A stretch of 64,000 nt of DNA from an uncultured Nitrososphaerota archaeon (GCA_963718895.1 CAVRAG010000008.1:512001-576000), one strand, 5' to 3'; shown: positions 30,511 to 48,763, counted from the stretch's first letter. Program-made: numbers and translations. Notes: generated from the sequence alone by a model not told the origin.

Positions 30511-31065
30511 TTGCAACCCCATGGCCAATCTCAGCGAAGCTGCAGTAAGTCTATGAACACATGGAGGGAATGCCTCGTGAGCCCTCATCCCTGTTGCTCT
30601 CGTGGTGCCTGCGGGCTACTGTTCAAGCGACTTTGCTACGGCGAACGAGAGAGAGGTCTGCGCGCGAGGAGCGACCCGTTGTTGTCATAAAGCCCCTGCT
30701 GCTTTGCAACCCGTCGGGAGAAAGCAAGGGCGGCCACAGAAGTAACTTCCGACCTCTTCATGCGCCGAACAGCGGATGCGTACCTCGACGGCTTCATGCT
30801 CTTGACGCGATTATCATCGTTGAGAATCCGACCAAACGTATTAATATACATCGATATGAGGATTTGATGCTTGAGAATTGACCCAGAACGCCTCGACGGA
30901 GAAGATGGAGGACCCTTTCACCCTTATCGCGTTGGGAGCGTTTCTCCCAACGCAGAATGCTGTCTCTGAGGTGCGCCCTCCCACCTATTCAATCCGTGCG
31001 ATTACCCCGGGGAGGGGGATTGTATCCAACCATTCGTCCCGCATTCTAAGGGTGGTCCAAGATTC

Positions 31066-31443
31066 ATGAAACGTGAGGAGAGCAAGTCCATACAGCGGCT
31101 GATTCAAGCTGGAATCTGCAACCCCTCAGACATAGAACAAGCCAGGAACGAGGCGGCGGTGCTCTCATCCCCCGAGTACTCGCAGAGGATTCGTCAGGCG
31201 GAGAGCGTCCTCGGGGCGATAGGTGAACCCAACAGGATCAAGATTCTGCTGCTTCTCTCCAAGCGGGAGATGTGCGTATGCCACCTCGAATCGGCGCTCG
31301 GGATGTCTCAACCGACGATTTCCCACCACCTTGGAGTCTTGGAACGGGCTGAGTTGCTCCAAAGGAGCAAGAGACAGAAGTGGGTCTTCTACAAGTTACG
31401 TGATTCACCAGCAACGGATCTTGTTAGGCGCATGGTGTCATAG
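31066..31443 (+). CDS. arsR: ArsR/SmtB metalloregulator
   Basis: R..IL.LL..REMCVCHL...LGMSQPTISHHL. Confidence 0.88.
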   Translation: MKREESKSIQRLIQAGICNPSDIEQARNEAAVLSSPEYSQRIRQAESVLGAIGEPNRIKILLLLSKREMCVCHLESALGMSQPTISHHLGVLERAELLQRSKRQKWVFYKLRDSPATDLVRRMVS

Positions 31444-31609
31444 TTGATTCCGCGATACGCCACCTCAAGACGCAACTTCGAGTTGCAACCAATGAAGGTA
31501 CTGCGGACAAGGAGACAGGAATCAGGCTCTGAAGTCCTCCGAACACAATCGAGGGTCTTCTCGAAGTCGTTCCGCTTCGTCTCTTTAGCTTCTTGAGGAG
31601 AGACTGGCA

Positions 31610-32365
31610 ATGACCAAACGAAGGATGTACACGATTGGTCTGACAGTATTGCTCCTAGGCGTCACGGTAACGACGTACGGTGTCTGGACCCAGAGCAGCT
31701 TCTCGCACGGTACGCCGGACCAGGACAATGGCTGCTACTGCCACAACAACGGAATCGAAGTCTTCGTCAACCGTACAGGAGACGGGAATGGTGGGGTCTC
31801 CTTCAGCCAAATAATGGTCGGAAGCACGTTCCACCTCCTCGTCAGCACGGACGACGCGTACGCCACGGGCGTAGTTCCGCAACTCCAGCTGTGGGAGTCG
31901 AACCAGACCGACAACGCCAAGTTCACGTTCAGCCCCACGAGTGTCATTGCCCTCTCCCCATACAACCTCAGCCAACAAACAGGAAACATCACCGCGCTAT
32001 ACGACATAACCGCACCTACGACTCCGGGCGATTACGTTCTCACCATTTACTCGCAGGGTACTCTGCTGAATGTAATATCTATCCAAGTAGTCTCGACGAT
32101 CACATCCACCACAACGTCAAATTATACAGCACCTACAATTGCGACGAGCACAGATGCGAAGCCGAGTGATTCCATCCCCGGCTGGGGATATTGGGTGTTG
32201 GCGATAATCGTACTGTTCGTCGGCGCCTTCATCAGCCTCCCATTCGTCGGGACATGGTTGTTAAACATGAGGGATTCAAAACATCAAGAATCAGCGGGCA
32301 AGGGATCCAAAACAAGAACCGAAACAGCGTCTTTTCAGCGCGCGGAGGATGAGTTGGGGGGGTAG
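31610..32365 (+). CDS. Secreted/membrane-anchored protein with H..CxCH motif
   Basis: Signal peptide, SHG...GCYCH, Thr-rich linker, C-terminal TM. Confidence 0.6.
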   Translation: MTKRRMYTIGLTVLLLGVTVTTYGVWTQSSFSHGTPDQDNGCYCHNNGIEVFVNRTGDGNGGVSFSQIMVGSTFHLLVSTDDAYATGVVPQLQLWESNQTDNAKFTFSPTSVIALSPYNLSQQTGNITALYDITAPTTPGDYVLTIYSQGTLLNVISIQVVSTITSTTTSNYTAPTIATSTDAKPSDSIPGWGYWVLAIIVLFVGAFISLPFVGTWLLNMRDSKHQESAGKGSKTRTETASFQRAEDELGG

Positions 32366-32429
32366 GCTACGGTCAAGAGCCCCGACGAGGCCGCCCTCCA
32401 GCGATTGTCAGTCAATCGAAAGGTGAGTC

Positions 32430-32830
32430 GGATGGGTTCTGTTTGTGCGCATTGAGACCTCGAGTCGAAGCGTGATGGCGGAAGCATTCGCAAGGAAGAT
32501 CGGTTTGGAGGCCTCGAGCGCGGGAACGTTTCATTCAACCCGCGTCAATCCCCTGGTCATGGAAGCGATGGGCGAGTTAGGAGTCGACATCTCCGAGAGC
32601 AAACCGAAGCAGTGACCGAGGAGATGATAGAGGGCGCCGGCTTGGTGGTCCTTACCGACGCTCCACTGGAGACGGCGATCCCGGGCAACCTTGGGAAGAA
32701 GAAGCGGAAGAAGGTAGCGCGGTGGAACTCCCGGACCCTCAAGGGAAGTCCATCGAGGAGATGGGGTACCACAGGGACCATGTCGAACGGCTGGTGAAGG
32801 CTCTGGCGAGCCACTCTTCCACGATGAGCA
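32430..32830 (+). pseudogene. arsC: Degraded LMW-PTP-type arsenate reductase (ArsC-like)
   Basis: VLFVRIETSSRSVMAEAF...SAGT...VNPLV.EAM.ELGVDIS..KPK; catalytic Cys lost, frameshifts. Confidence 0.7.
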
Positions 32831-32998
32831 GCTACCGGTTCGGACAGCTCGGGTTCCGAGTGGAGATTGAGCGACGCCTGTAAGATGCAACGGGACTTCA
32901 GCATGATCATGGAAATCGGCCCGGTGCGGTCCCTCACGGAAGGGCAAACGCATCGTTAGTTTCATATCCGGAGCTCATTGAAGCCGGGCTAGAAGTCT

Positions 32999-33024
32999 GG
33001 CGTCGTAGCTCAGCATGGCAGAGC
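32999..33024 (+). repeat. Intron-less 5' fragment of tRNA-Asn
   Basis: GGCGTCGTAGCTCAGCATGGCAGAGC is 25/26 identical to the spliced 5' part of the tRNA at 34631. Confidence 0.75.
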
Positions 33025-33238
33025 GACCCAGTATATCCTAAGTTACGTTTGGGATTGCTCTTACTCCACCCTCGACTTTCCGGTGACAATTGGCGCAAAT
33101 GAGAATACATTTGTCGAGTTCTGTTCTAATCGATTCCCACGATCTGATCATCCCCGTCTCAGATAACCCGAAACCTTTGGTCGCCTTGTCCAAATGGTGG
33201 AACTCCAGCGCGCCATTGTATCGATCGTATCCACATAG

Positions 33239-34581
33239 GGTTCTGTCAGGTCTTCGTCGGACGGCTCAGACCTGGCTTCGAGGCATCGACTCTGAGGATT
33301 ACCTGCTGTTTCCTGCCTTCAGGGTTCCCCTTCACCGCTTCAACTGCCCCGCCTTCTCCTCTTGACTGGGCGAACCTCACCCAGCCCCTGCGGGAGATGT
33401 TCATCACCGCGACCAGGTCGCGGTCATCCCACCGACCACACCTCTGGCACCACTGCTGCCGGTGATGCTGCAGATCACCGCGGACAGCCGCTTGGAGTCC
33501 CTCCCCGCATCGCGGACAGCCCGTCGTGGTGTCTCTTGTCTCCTTCACCGTGAGCGTGACCACCGGCACGCCCTCCCACGCCGCCTTGTACTCGACTTCT
33601 CTCTTCAGCTCGCCGAAGGGCCAGGAGTTCATCCTTCCCCTGAGTTCTCGACCCTGGAGGTTCTCTCTCCGGTACAGCTTCCTTAGGCCCCTGATCTCTT
33701 CGAAGACGATCGCGCGCCTGTCTCTCTTGGCTTCTTCCACGATGTGCTTCGAGACGCGGTTGAGGATCTGCCTGACCCGCTCCTGTCTCCTCCGACCGTA
33801 CTTGATGGCCAGCGGTCTCCTTACTCTTACATCGTTTCTCTTGAACGAGCGGATGATGCTCCTGGTGTTCTCCGCTATCTCCACCGCTTTCGAGATGTCG
33901 TAGTATGTGACCTTCCCCTCGTTCCCCGCCGTCACGTTTCGCAGGTTCCTATCGATGCCGGTGGCGTCAGTGACCTGGATCCATTCCACAGCCTTAGCGA
34001 TGCAGAGCGAGAGCGAGCTCTCCGTGACGGTAAAGGACCGAACGACGACGCCGGGCTGGGTTAGGATGCTGAGCGTGTGCGGAGTTAGAGGGACCTTCTC
34101 AAACTTACGTCTCCGACGGGCACGAGGAGGCCATCGCCATCGATTCTGAACCCATAGCATGATGTGAGCAGAGGCTTCGAGAGGTAGGGCCGCCTTGTGC
34201 GGAACCCCCGCCTGATGGATTTCCTTCTCGCCGCCAGGATGCCGGTCGCTTTCGAGATCGCGCAGAGCCGGTAGTACGACGGGATCTCGCTTCCGTACCT
34301 CCCGCTGAGATCTTGGTAGACGAGGAGCGGGAGCCTCTTCAGTGAATGCGCATCCTTCTCCAATCCTACCCGTATGCAGTCGTTGACCATGAGCCTGAAA
34401 GTTTCCATGAGGCCGAAGAGACGGAACGTAGGCTCGTGTCGCTGCTTGAGGGCCTTCCTGGCGACCGTTCCAGGTGCAAGAGCGGCGAGGCTCATGCGGT
34501 ATCAAGTAGGAGAACCATATAAGCACCCGGTTGCCGATCTATCCTGAGAGAACGTCACCCCGACGAAGACTTTACAGAGCC
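33239..34581 (-). mobile_element. Non-autonomous tnpB element with ~22-bp TIRs and a degenerate 8-bp target duplication
   Basis: Ends GGTTCTGTCAGGTCTTCGTCGG and (rc) GGCTCTGTAAAGTCTTCGTCGG; flanks CCACATAG / CCAGATGG. Confidence 0.85.
33246..34495 (-). CDS. tnpB: TnpB/Cas12f-like RNA-guided nuclease; frameshift near 34090
   Basis: RuvC-I GIDRN, RuvC-II IVFEEIRGL, CPRC..CQRC, RuvC-III DRDLVAVMNI. Confidence 0.9.
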
Positions 34582-34630
34582 CCAGATGGTAAGAGTCAAA
34601 TATAGAAGAAAATGCCCGACGTCTTCGCTT

Positions 34631-34780
34631 GGCGTCGTAGCTCAGACCACGTTGGCGACAGCGTGTGGGGAAGCATGGTAGAACTCTGATAAAGAGCTCG
34701 CCAAAAGCAGCAGGCTGTTAAATCGCGCAGGACGCGATGCAAACACCTGTTGGTCGACCGTTCAAATCGGTCCGACGCCG
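34631..34780 (+). tRNA. tRNA-Asn(GUU) with three introns: 15/16 (34646-34673), 22/23 (34682-34705), 37/38 (34721-34744)
   Basis: Acceptor stem GGCGTCG/CGACGCC, anticodon stem GCAGG/CCTGT, T-arm GACCG-TTCAAAT-CGGTC; each intron is a hairpin in BHB-like geometry. Confidence 0.88.
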
Positions 34781-34904
34781 CTTCTCTCCCTCGCAACTTG
34801 ACGGAGGGTGTCTTTGACGCTTCCTGGCAGGACGCCCAACGAAGGTGCCGAGCTGAGCGGTCGCTCTAACGGAAGCCTAGTGAGACGTTCCGCGAAGAGA
34901 CGCA

Positions 34905-35540
34905 TTACACCTTGGGGATGCGCTTTCCAGTCACTGTGTAAGCGACCGACTCTCCCACGTCCTCGGCGTGGTCCGCTATCCTCTCCAGATAACGAAGAAT
35001 CAGGGTCCCGGTGACGTAGCACTTTGCGTCATCGTGGGTATCCAGGTTGACTTTGCGGAGGTAGTTACGATACAGCGCGTCGACCACGTTGTCCATGGCA
35101 GCGAGGCGCCCTGCGGACATCACGTCTCGTTCGGTGAATGCCTTGATGCTAATACGAATCATCTCTGATGCCTGCTTTCCGGCCGAAACCACATCGGTCT
35201 TGTCGCAGCTCTCAAAGTCCTTGAAGATGGAGAGTACGTCCGTGATGTCGTAGGCGTAGCGTCCAAATCGGGAGAACCCGTAAGCGATCTCCATGCTCGA
35301 CGTGATGTATCGGAGGTCGGACGCCACAGGCTGATATCTCGCTATCAACTCCGTGGCCAGGTCGTTGACCTCCTCTTGCTTCACTCGGAGGTCCTCGGAG
35401 TTGTCGAAAACCTGCCTATGCAGGTCCTCGCCCTTGGTGTAGGCCTCTATTGCGAACGCCACCGTCTTCTCGGAAAGTTGGCCCATCTCGATTAGGAGGT
35501 TCTTCAGTTTCTCCAGACCCATGTCCATTAGTCTAGCCAT
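34905..35540 (-). CDS. phoU: Phosphate uptake regulator PhoU
   Basis: YQPVASDLR, LERIADHA. Confidence 0.92.
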   Translation of the reverse strand: MARLMDMGLEKLKNLLIEMGQLSEKTVAFAIEAYTKGEDLHRQVFDNSEDLRVKQEEVNDLATELIARYQPVASDLRYITSSMEIAYGFSRFGRYAYDITDVLSIFKDFESCDKTDVVSAGKQASEMIRISIKAFTERDVMSAGRLAAMDNVVDALYRNYLRKVNLDTHDDAKCYVTGTLILRYLERIADHAEDVGESVAYTVTGKRIPKV

Positions 35541-35552
35541 CTCGATCCACTC

Positions 35553-36389
35553 CTACCCGAACTTCCCTGTGATGTACCGCTCCGTCAGCTCCTTGCTCGG
35601 GGCCTCGAACATCTTCTTCGTCGTATCGTATTCTACGACCTCGCCGAGGTAGAAGAACGCGGTGTAATCCGCGACCCTCGCGGCCTGCTGCATGTTGTGG
35701 GTGACTATCACGATTGTGTAGTCCTTCTTCAGCTCCGCCATCGCCTCTTCTATCTTAGCGGTCGCCGTGGGGTCCAGCGCCGAGGCGGGCTCGTCCATGA
35801 GGATGATCTCGGGCTCGACTGCAATCGCTCGAGCGATGCACAGCCTCTGTTGTTGGCCGCCAGAGAGCGCGGTCCCAGACTTCTTCAGCTCGTCCTTGAC
35901 TTCATCCCAGAGGAAGGCTAGCCTGAGGCTCCTTTCTACCGCCTCGTCCAGGACCCTCTTGTTCCTGACCCCGTTCAGTTTGAGACCGGCCGCGACGTTG
36001 TCATAGACCGACATTGTCGGGAACGGGTTCGGCTTCTGGAAGACCATCCCGATTCTTCTCCTGATAGCGACAGGATTGACCCTTGGCGAATAGATGTTCA
36101 TCCCATCCAGAATCACCTCTCCTTCGACGTTTGCTCCGGGAGTTAGTTCGTGCAGCCTGTTCAGGCATCTTATGAATGTGGTCTTCCCACAACCCGATGG
36201 TCCCATGAGAGCCGTTATGCTCTGGTCTTTGAACGAGAGACTGATGCTCCTGAGCACTTCCAGTGCACCAAAACCCGCCCTGAGGTTCCGAGTCTCCATC
36301 TTGGGGAGAAACGCTCCCATCGACGCCGGGACGCTCATTTCAACCGGAAGCTCCTTCTCGGTCTTCTCGTCCTGGATGATCATTGTCAT
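35553..36389 (-). CDS. pstB: Phosphate ABC transporter ATPase
   Basis: [37 protein letters not shown]. Confidence 0.96.
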   Translation of the reverse strand: MTMIIQDEKTEKELPVEMSVPASMGAFLPKMETRNLRAGFGALEVLRSISLSFKDQSITALMGPSGCGKTTFIRCLNRLHELTPGANVEGEVILDGMNIYSPRVNPVAIRRRIGMVFQKPNPFPTMSVYDNVAAGLKLNGVRNKRVLDEAVERSLRLAFLWDEVKDELKKSGTALSGGQQQRLCIARAIAVEPEIILMDEPASALDPTATAKIEEAMAELKKDYTIVIVTHNMQQAARVADYTAFFYLGEVVEYDTTKKMFEAPSKELTERYITGKFG

Positions 36390-36397
36390 CGTCCACC

Positions 36398-37283
36398 CTA
36401 TACTTCCGCTCGTACGTCGGCAAATCGTCTCCCTATGATAAACCTAACCCCGAGATTCAGAGCGAGCGCAATGGCGACGAGCACAAGCGCAGCCCCCCAA
36501 GCGATTGCGTGCCATTGGGCGTACGGGGACGTTCCATAGACGTAGATGAGCAGGGGGAGTGCTCCTGTGGGTTGGAACAGACCCTGTGAGAAGAAATTGC
36601 TCCCAAAGGCTGTGAAGAGGAGAGGAGCGGTCTCGCCCGCGGCTCGTGCGACTGCCAGGAGTATTCCGGTCGCCAGCCCGGCCTTTCCGGTCGATATCAC
36701 GACGCTCAGGACCGTCCGCCACCTCGAGACGCCCAGGGCCATCGAGGCTTCTCTCAGCGACCGCGGGACGATCTTCAGGGACTCCTCCGTCGTCCTGGCG
36801 ACAATCGGGATCATTATGATGCTCAGAGCGACGGCCCCGGCCACCGCAGAGAAGGAGTGGGTCGTGAGGACGATTATCAAGTAAACGAATATCCCAATCA
36901 CTATAGAGGGAAACTCGGCCAGCACGTCGTTCATGAAGCTGGAGAGCGTGGAGAGCCTGGACTCGGGCCACTCCGAGAAGAAGATGCCCGCGCCCACCCC
37001 GATGGGCACCGATATGAGCGTGGCAATCCCGACCATCACGAAGGTTCCCTCGATCATCGGTCCGACTCCCCCTCCGGGGACGCCCACCGGCGTGGGGATG
37101 TGAGTGAGGAAGGAGAGGCTAATTACGGGACCTCCGACCAGTATCGTCTCGTCCGAGAATCAGGATGAGAGGGACCAGGGCCAGCACGACGCCGAGCCAA
37201 ATCAGCCCGGTCATCAGCCTGTCGACCAAGACGCGCCGCCGACCTATGCCAACCTCATTCTCGATTTTGGTCATCTTGGTCAC
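36398..37283 (-). CDS. pstA: Phosphate ABC permease PstA; frameshift(s) near 37100-37160
   Basis: [22 protein letters not shown]. Confidence 0.9.
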
Positions 37284-38246
37284 TCAGGTCCTGAACTTGA
37301 CTCCCCGGGTCATGCGCCAGATTAGGAACCTGGCGAAGACGTTTATCACGAGGGCGAGCAGGAACAATACAAGGCCAATCTCGATGAGCGAAGCGGTGTA
37401 CAGGCCGCCGGACGCTTCCCTGAACTCGTTGGCGATCACCGCGGAGAGCGTGTAGCCTCCCGAGAAGAGGTCGGCGGTGATCTTGGGTTCGTTCCCTATG
37501 ACCATCGTCACGGCCATGGTCTCTCCCACGGCCCTGCCGAGGCCGAGGATCGTCGCACCGAAGATTCCCGACCTTGCGTAAGGGAGCACGCTCTTCCAGG
37601 TCACCTCCCAATCGGTGGCCCCGAGCGAGTGCATCGCCTCCCTCTGACTGTTTGGAACGGCGTTCAGCACGCTTCTCGAGATCGCGGAGACCGTGGGGAT
37701 TATCATGATCGCCAGGATCACTCCTGCAGTGAAGAAGTCCAGGCCGAACGGGGTCCCTGAGAAGAGGGGAACGGCGCCCAGGTATTGGTGGAGGGGGTCC
37801 TCGACGTACTGCTTCAGAAGCGGGCTAAGGAAGAGCAGACCCCACAACCCAAAGATTACGCTTGGAACAGCTGCGAGAAGCTCGACCAGCGTACCTATCA
37901 GCTGGCCCAAGCTCCTCCTAGCGTTCAACTTCTCCGTGAGGAAGACGGCCACCGCCAAACTGATGGGGAGGCCTATCAGGAGGGCGAGCAGGGAGGTCAG
38001 GATAGTGCCGTAGATGAAAGGAAGCGCACCGAAAATCTGATGATACGGGTCCCAGTCCGAGGTCCACAGGAAGGAGAGGCCGAACTTCAGCATACTCGGG
38101 CCGGATCCCGTGTAGAGCTCGTAGCCAAGAGCCAGGAGCAGGACAACGATTCCCAGCGCCGCGGCGCCGACGATTACCTTCAGGACTGAGTCGCCCTTCA
38201 GTAGACCGGCCTCGGGAATCGATTTCCTATCTGTGTTTGAAACCAT
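37284..38246 (-). CDS. pstC: Phosphate ABC permease PstC
   Basis: ELLAAVPSVIFGLWG, GRAVGETMAV.MVIGN. Confidence 0.94.
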   Translation of the reverse strand: MVSNTDRKSIPEAGLLKGDSVLKVIVGAAALGIVVLLLALGYELYTGSGPSMLKFGLSFLWTSDWDPYHQIFGALPFIYGTILTSLLALLIGLPISLAVAVFLTEKLNARRSLGQLIGTLVELLAAVPSVIFGLWGLLFLSPLLKQYVEDPLHQYLGAVPLFSGTPFGLDFFTAGVILAIMIIPTVSAISRSVLNAVPNSQREAMHSLGATDWEVTWKSVLPYARSGIFGATILGLGRAVGETMAVTMVIGNEPKITADLFSGGYTLSAVIANEFREASGGLYTASLIEIGLVLFLLALVINVFARFLIWRMTRGVKFRT

Positions 38247-38262
38247 AGCTAACTCTCTCAAT

Positions 38263-38299
38263 AAAAAAGGGGGCGAGGACCCGCCCTAGGGCGGGTATC
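38263..38299 (-). terminator. Hairpin plus U-tract between pstS and pstC
   Basis: ACCCGCCC-TA-GGGCGGGT followed by CCCCCTTTTTT on the minus strand. Confidence 0.55.
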
Positions 38300-39576
38300 C
38301 TATCCTGAGTACAGAGGGGTCCCGTTGTACGTGATTGACTTGATTGTGGTGTCGTCAACCGCGATGACGTTCGCAGGGAGTGGGACGTAGCCGAGCGCGG
38401 CGCCAGCCGACTGGCCGCTGTTCACGACCCACCAGAGGAAGTTGACGATGTCGGTACCCAGCTGCTTGTTGGACTGTGCCTGACTGACGACGAGGTAGGT
38501 GAAGGTCGTGATGGGGTAGAGGTTCTTGACGGAGGTGTTGTTGAAGACGCTGTTGATGATGGAGACTGTGGACCACGCTGCGTTCCCGGCAGGCAGTCCT
38601 GAGGCGCCGGCCGTGGCGGCAGAGGCGATGGTGGTAAGGTTGGCCGTTATGAAGTTGCCCGCGGCGTTCTGCACGACTCCCGCGGAGATGAGGGCCGGGT
38701 TCTGGAGCACGTAGGCTATCTCGAGTGGGCCTATCGAGTACTGGGTGTTCTGGATGCAGCCGGCTACGCCCGCGTTCTGCGGGCAGCCGAGGCCGGTCGG
38801 CCAGTTGACGGATGTGCTGAAGCCTACCTGAGATGCCCAGACTGAACTGGAGTCAGAGAGGTACTGTGTGAAGGCGAACATCGTGCCGCTCCCGTCCGAC
38901 CTGTGAACCACAGTGATCGCGTGGGCGGGGAGGGTTACGCCGGGGTTGAGGGCTGCGATGGCGGGGTCGTTCCACATCGTGATGGTCCCGAGGAATATCT
39001 GGGCAAGCACTGGACCAGTGAACTTCAGTCCGTTGCTTATGCCCGGAATGTTGTAGGCGGGCACGACTGCGCTGATGGACTCTGGGACTACGACGGCCGT
39101 CGAGGGGAAGGCGGCGTACTGCGCGGCGGTGGGAGGAGCATCGCTAGCTCCGATGTTCAACGTGCCGGCTGTGAACTGCGTGATTCCTGCGCCGCTGCCG
39201 ATGCTCTGGTAGTTGACCTGGATGTTGGGTTGCACCTGAGTGTATGCGAACGTCCACTCAGACATGAGAGGGAAGACGAGGCTGGAGCCGCCGGCGTTTA
39301 TTGTGGCAGCGGGTTCGTGGGCCCGAAGTCGAGCTGGTGGAGGTCGAGGCTAGTGGAAGTTGAAGTGGTGGTCGTTGGGCCACCCGTGACCCGTAACGGT
39401 AGTAGTGGATGTTGTGGTGACTGTGGAGGTGCTGACACTGGTGGTCGTCGACCCGAGCTCGAAGCGGCATAATAGCCCGCCGCCGCGGCCACTACTATGA
39501 GGACGAGGACAACGACGCCTAGTACAGCTCCACCTATTCCGTGTCTTTTGTTGTATCTTTGAGAAAGAGATTTCAT
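38300..39576 (-). CDS. pstS: Phosphate-binding protein PstS with TM anchor and Ser/Thr linker; frameshifts in the 5' part
   Basis: YQSIGSGAG, GASDAP, HRSDGSGT, YPITTFTY, GYVPLP. Confidence 0.92.
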
Positions 39577-39670
39577 ATTTTCGTAGCTTTCCTGCCTTTT
39601 TTAATCTATAAGTGAAAAGCGCAAGGGAAATATATTGAAGTCTTCACCCATATTGGCATCTATCTTCTAG

Positions 39671-40755
39671 GTGTTTTGGTTGTCCACAGAGCATGAAAAA
39701 GGCGAAGTGAGGAAGATTCAGTTCTCCGGGAAGTCGTCGTACATGCTCGCACTGCCCAAGAAGTGGGTGTCGGAGATGGGGCTGGGAGCGGGCGACTCCG
39801 TCGCAGTAGAGAGACAGGGAGACTCCTCGCTCATCATCACCCCGCGCGTGGGGAGGGTCACTGCTGCCAAGGCCGAGGCTGTCTTGGAGGTCCATCCGAA
39901 GAACAAGACCGACTCGATAGTGAGGCGGCTGATCTCGATATACCTGCTCGGCTACAGTACCATCCACGTCAAGGCGAAGGAGGGCCTACTCACTTCGGCG
40001 CAGAGGGACGCGGTGAAAGAGGCCTCGCGACGCCACCTGATCGGGACGGAGATAATCGCCGACTCGAGGGAAGGGATAACCCTGCAGGTCCTGCTCAGCT
40101 ATCCAGAGCTGAGCGTCAAGAACGTGCTCAAGAGGATGTTCCTCATAGCGGAGTCGATGCACCGCGACGCGATCCGCGCGCTGTCAAGCTCGACTTGGAC
40201 ACGGCCGCGGCGGTGACCAAGTCGGACGACGAGGTCGACAGGTTCAGCCTCTACGCCATCCGCCAGCTCAACATGGCGGTCCAGAACGACTTCATCCTGC
40301 GGGAGATAGAACTGAAGAGCAGGAGGGACTGCCTCGACTACAGGCTGATAGTCAAGAGCGTCGAGCGCGTCGCGGACCACGCGAACAAGATCGCCGAGGG
40401 GGTCTTGCACATCGACGGCCAGGTGAGCCAGAGCATCATCGACAAGATCGTCAAGATGAGCGAGTTCAGCGTGGGCCTCTTCGAGCGGGCGGGGCTCGCC
40501 CTGTCCAAAGGAGACTACGAGTCGGCGGACAACGTCGTGGAGCAGGCCAAGGAGGCCGAAGGTCTGCAGGAGGACCTCCTCAACCTTATCGAGAAGACGA
40601 AGGAGAGCGAGTCAGACCAGGTTCTCCCGCTCATAGTCGAGGACATCAGGCGAACAGCCGAGTACGCCGCCGACATTGCGGAGGTAGTGATCAACATGAA
40701 CACGGAAAGCTCGATGCCCAGGGCCGAAGAGGGGCCAATCCTCCGGGCGAGTTAG
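39671..40755 (+). CDS. AbrB-PhoU-PhoU phosphate regulator; frameshift near 40185
   Basis: RKIQFSGKSSYMLALPKKW (AbrB), DDEVDR, VERVADHA. Confidence 0.88.
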
Positions 40756-40774
40756 GCCGTCCTGCCAGAAGAAT

Positions 40775-41035
40775 CTAGTTCGTTGACTGGGAGAGCCACG
40801 GAAGCAGCACGTGCTCCGACTCGAAGTCGGCGTCGCTGCATTCCGCGGTGCAGACCGCAAGGCCTGCGAGGAAGAAGAAGTGCTTGTCCTGGCCCCTGTA
40901 GATTATTCTCGGCCGCTCGACGTGGACGATTTCAAGGAACTCCACTCTGCCGAAGTCCACCGTGCTTCTGCTCCCATGAACCCGACCGACTTCCTCTTCC
41001 GTCATTGCTGATGCCATTGCCATTTCTCTTTTCAC
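40775..41035 (-). CDS. Small hypothetical protein
   Basis: 86-aa ORF with an upstream AT-rich region; no recognisable family. Confidence 0.4.
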   Translation of the reverse strand: MKREMAMASAMTEEEVGRVHGSRSTVDFGRVEFLEIVHVERPRIIYRGQDKHFFFLAGLAVCTAECSDADFESEHVLLPWLSQSTN

Positions 41036-41714
41036 TCATCCACCCATATTCAATGAGAGGACTATAAGGGTTGTCTACCATAACCATATTGGCAATAGGG
41101 TTGTAGGGACTGCTTACTTGTGAACTTTTTTTTTTTTTTTTGTGGCTCCCTCTCGGTCTGTCGGTTGAGGAGGAGCGTAGCCGATGATTATGGAGCCGTT
41201 TCGTTGAAGACGGGGAAGGGTCCGACGTCTTCCACAGCGGGACGAGCGAATCCCTTGGCAAGGAAGACTTCCTTGTCCGAAGGCTTGAACATCGGGCTCA
41301 GATATTGGGACCCACCATCACGTGCACGCTGTCGGGCTCCTTCTGCAGTTCCTTCCGGAATGGACGGTCCAATTCATCGAGTCCGAGATAGACCGCGGAG
41401 CCTTCTCTCACCGAGTAAGTCAGCGCCTCGTGGCCGCTCGGCTGTGATTGTGCGCCATATCGGCCTTGAGAACGCGTCACTACCGGGCTCAACTTGTGAC
41501 CGCATCTGCTTGACCAGCTAGCCAGAGGAGGTTCTCGTGCGCTCGAGTATCATCGAGTTCCTATTGGTTCATAGCGCAGGGCCGGCCTAGGCTCTTGTAT
41601 CTCTGTCCCATATTGCTCTGCTTTGGCGCGCTGCCTCGACGAAGATTGTCTCGTAACGGATGCTCGAGCGTGACGTAGCGAGCCAGGCGAGTTATCGCTG
41701 AACTCAGGCGGCGC

Positions 41715-48763
<7,049 letters not shown>

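Noticed and set aside
30520-31065. Short ORFs between arsA and arsR (possible GNAT or permease remnant) and a weak CATCGA..TTGATG palindrome
   Set aside because: Too degenerate to assign.
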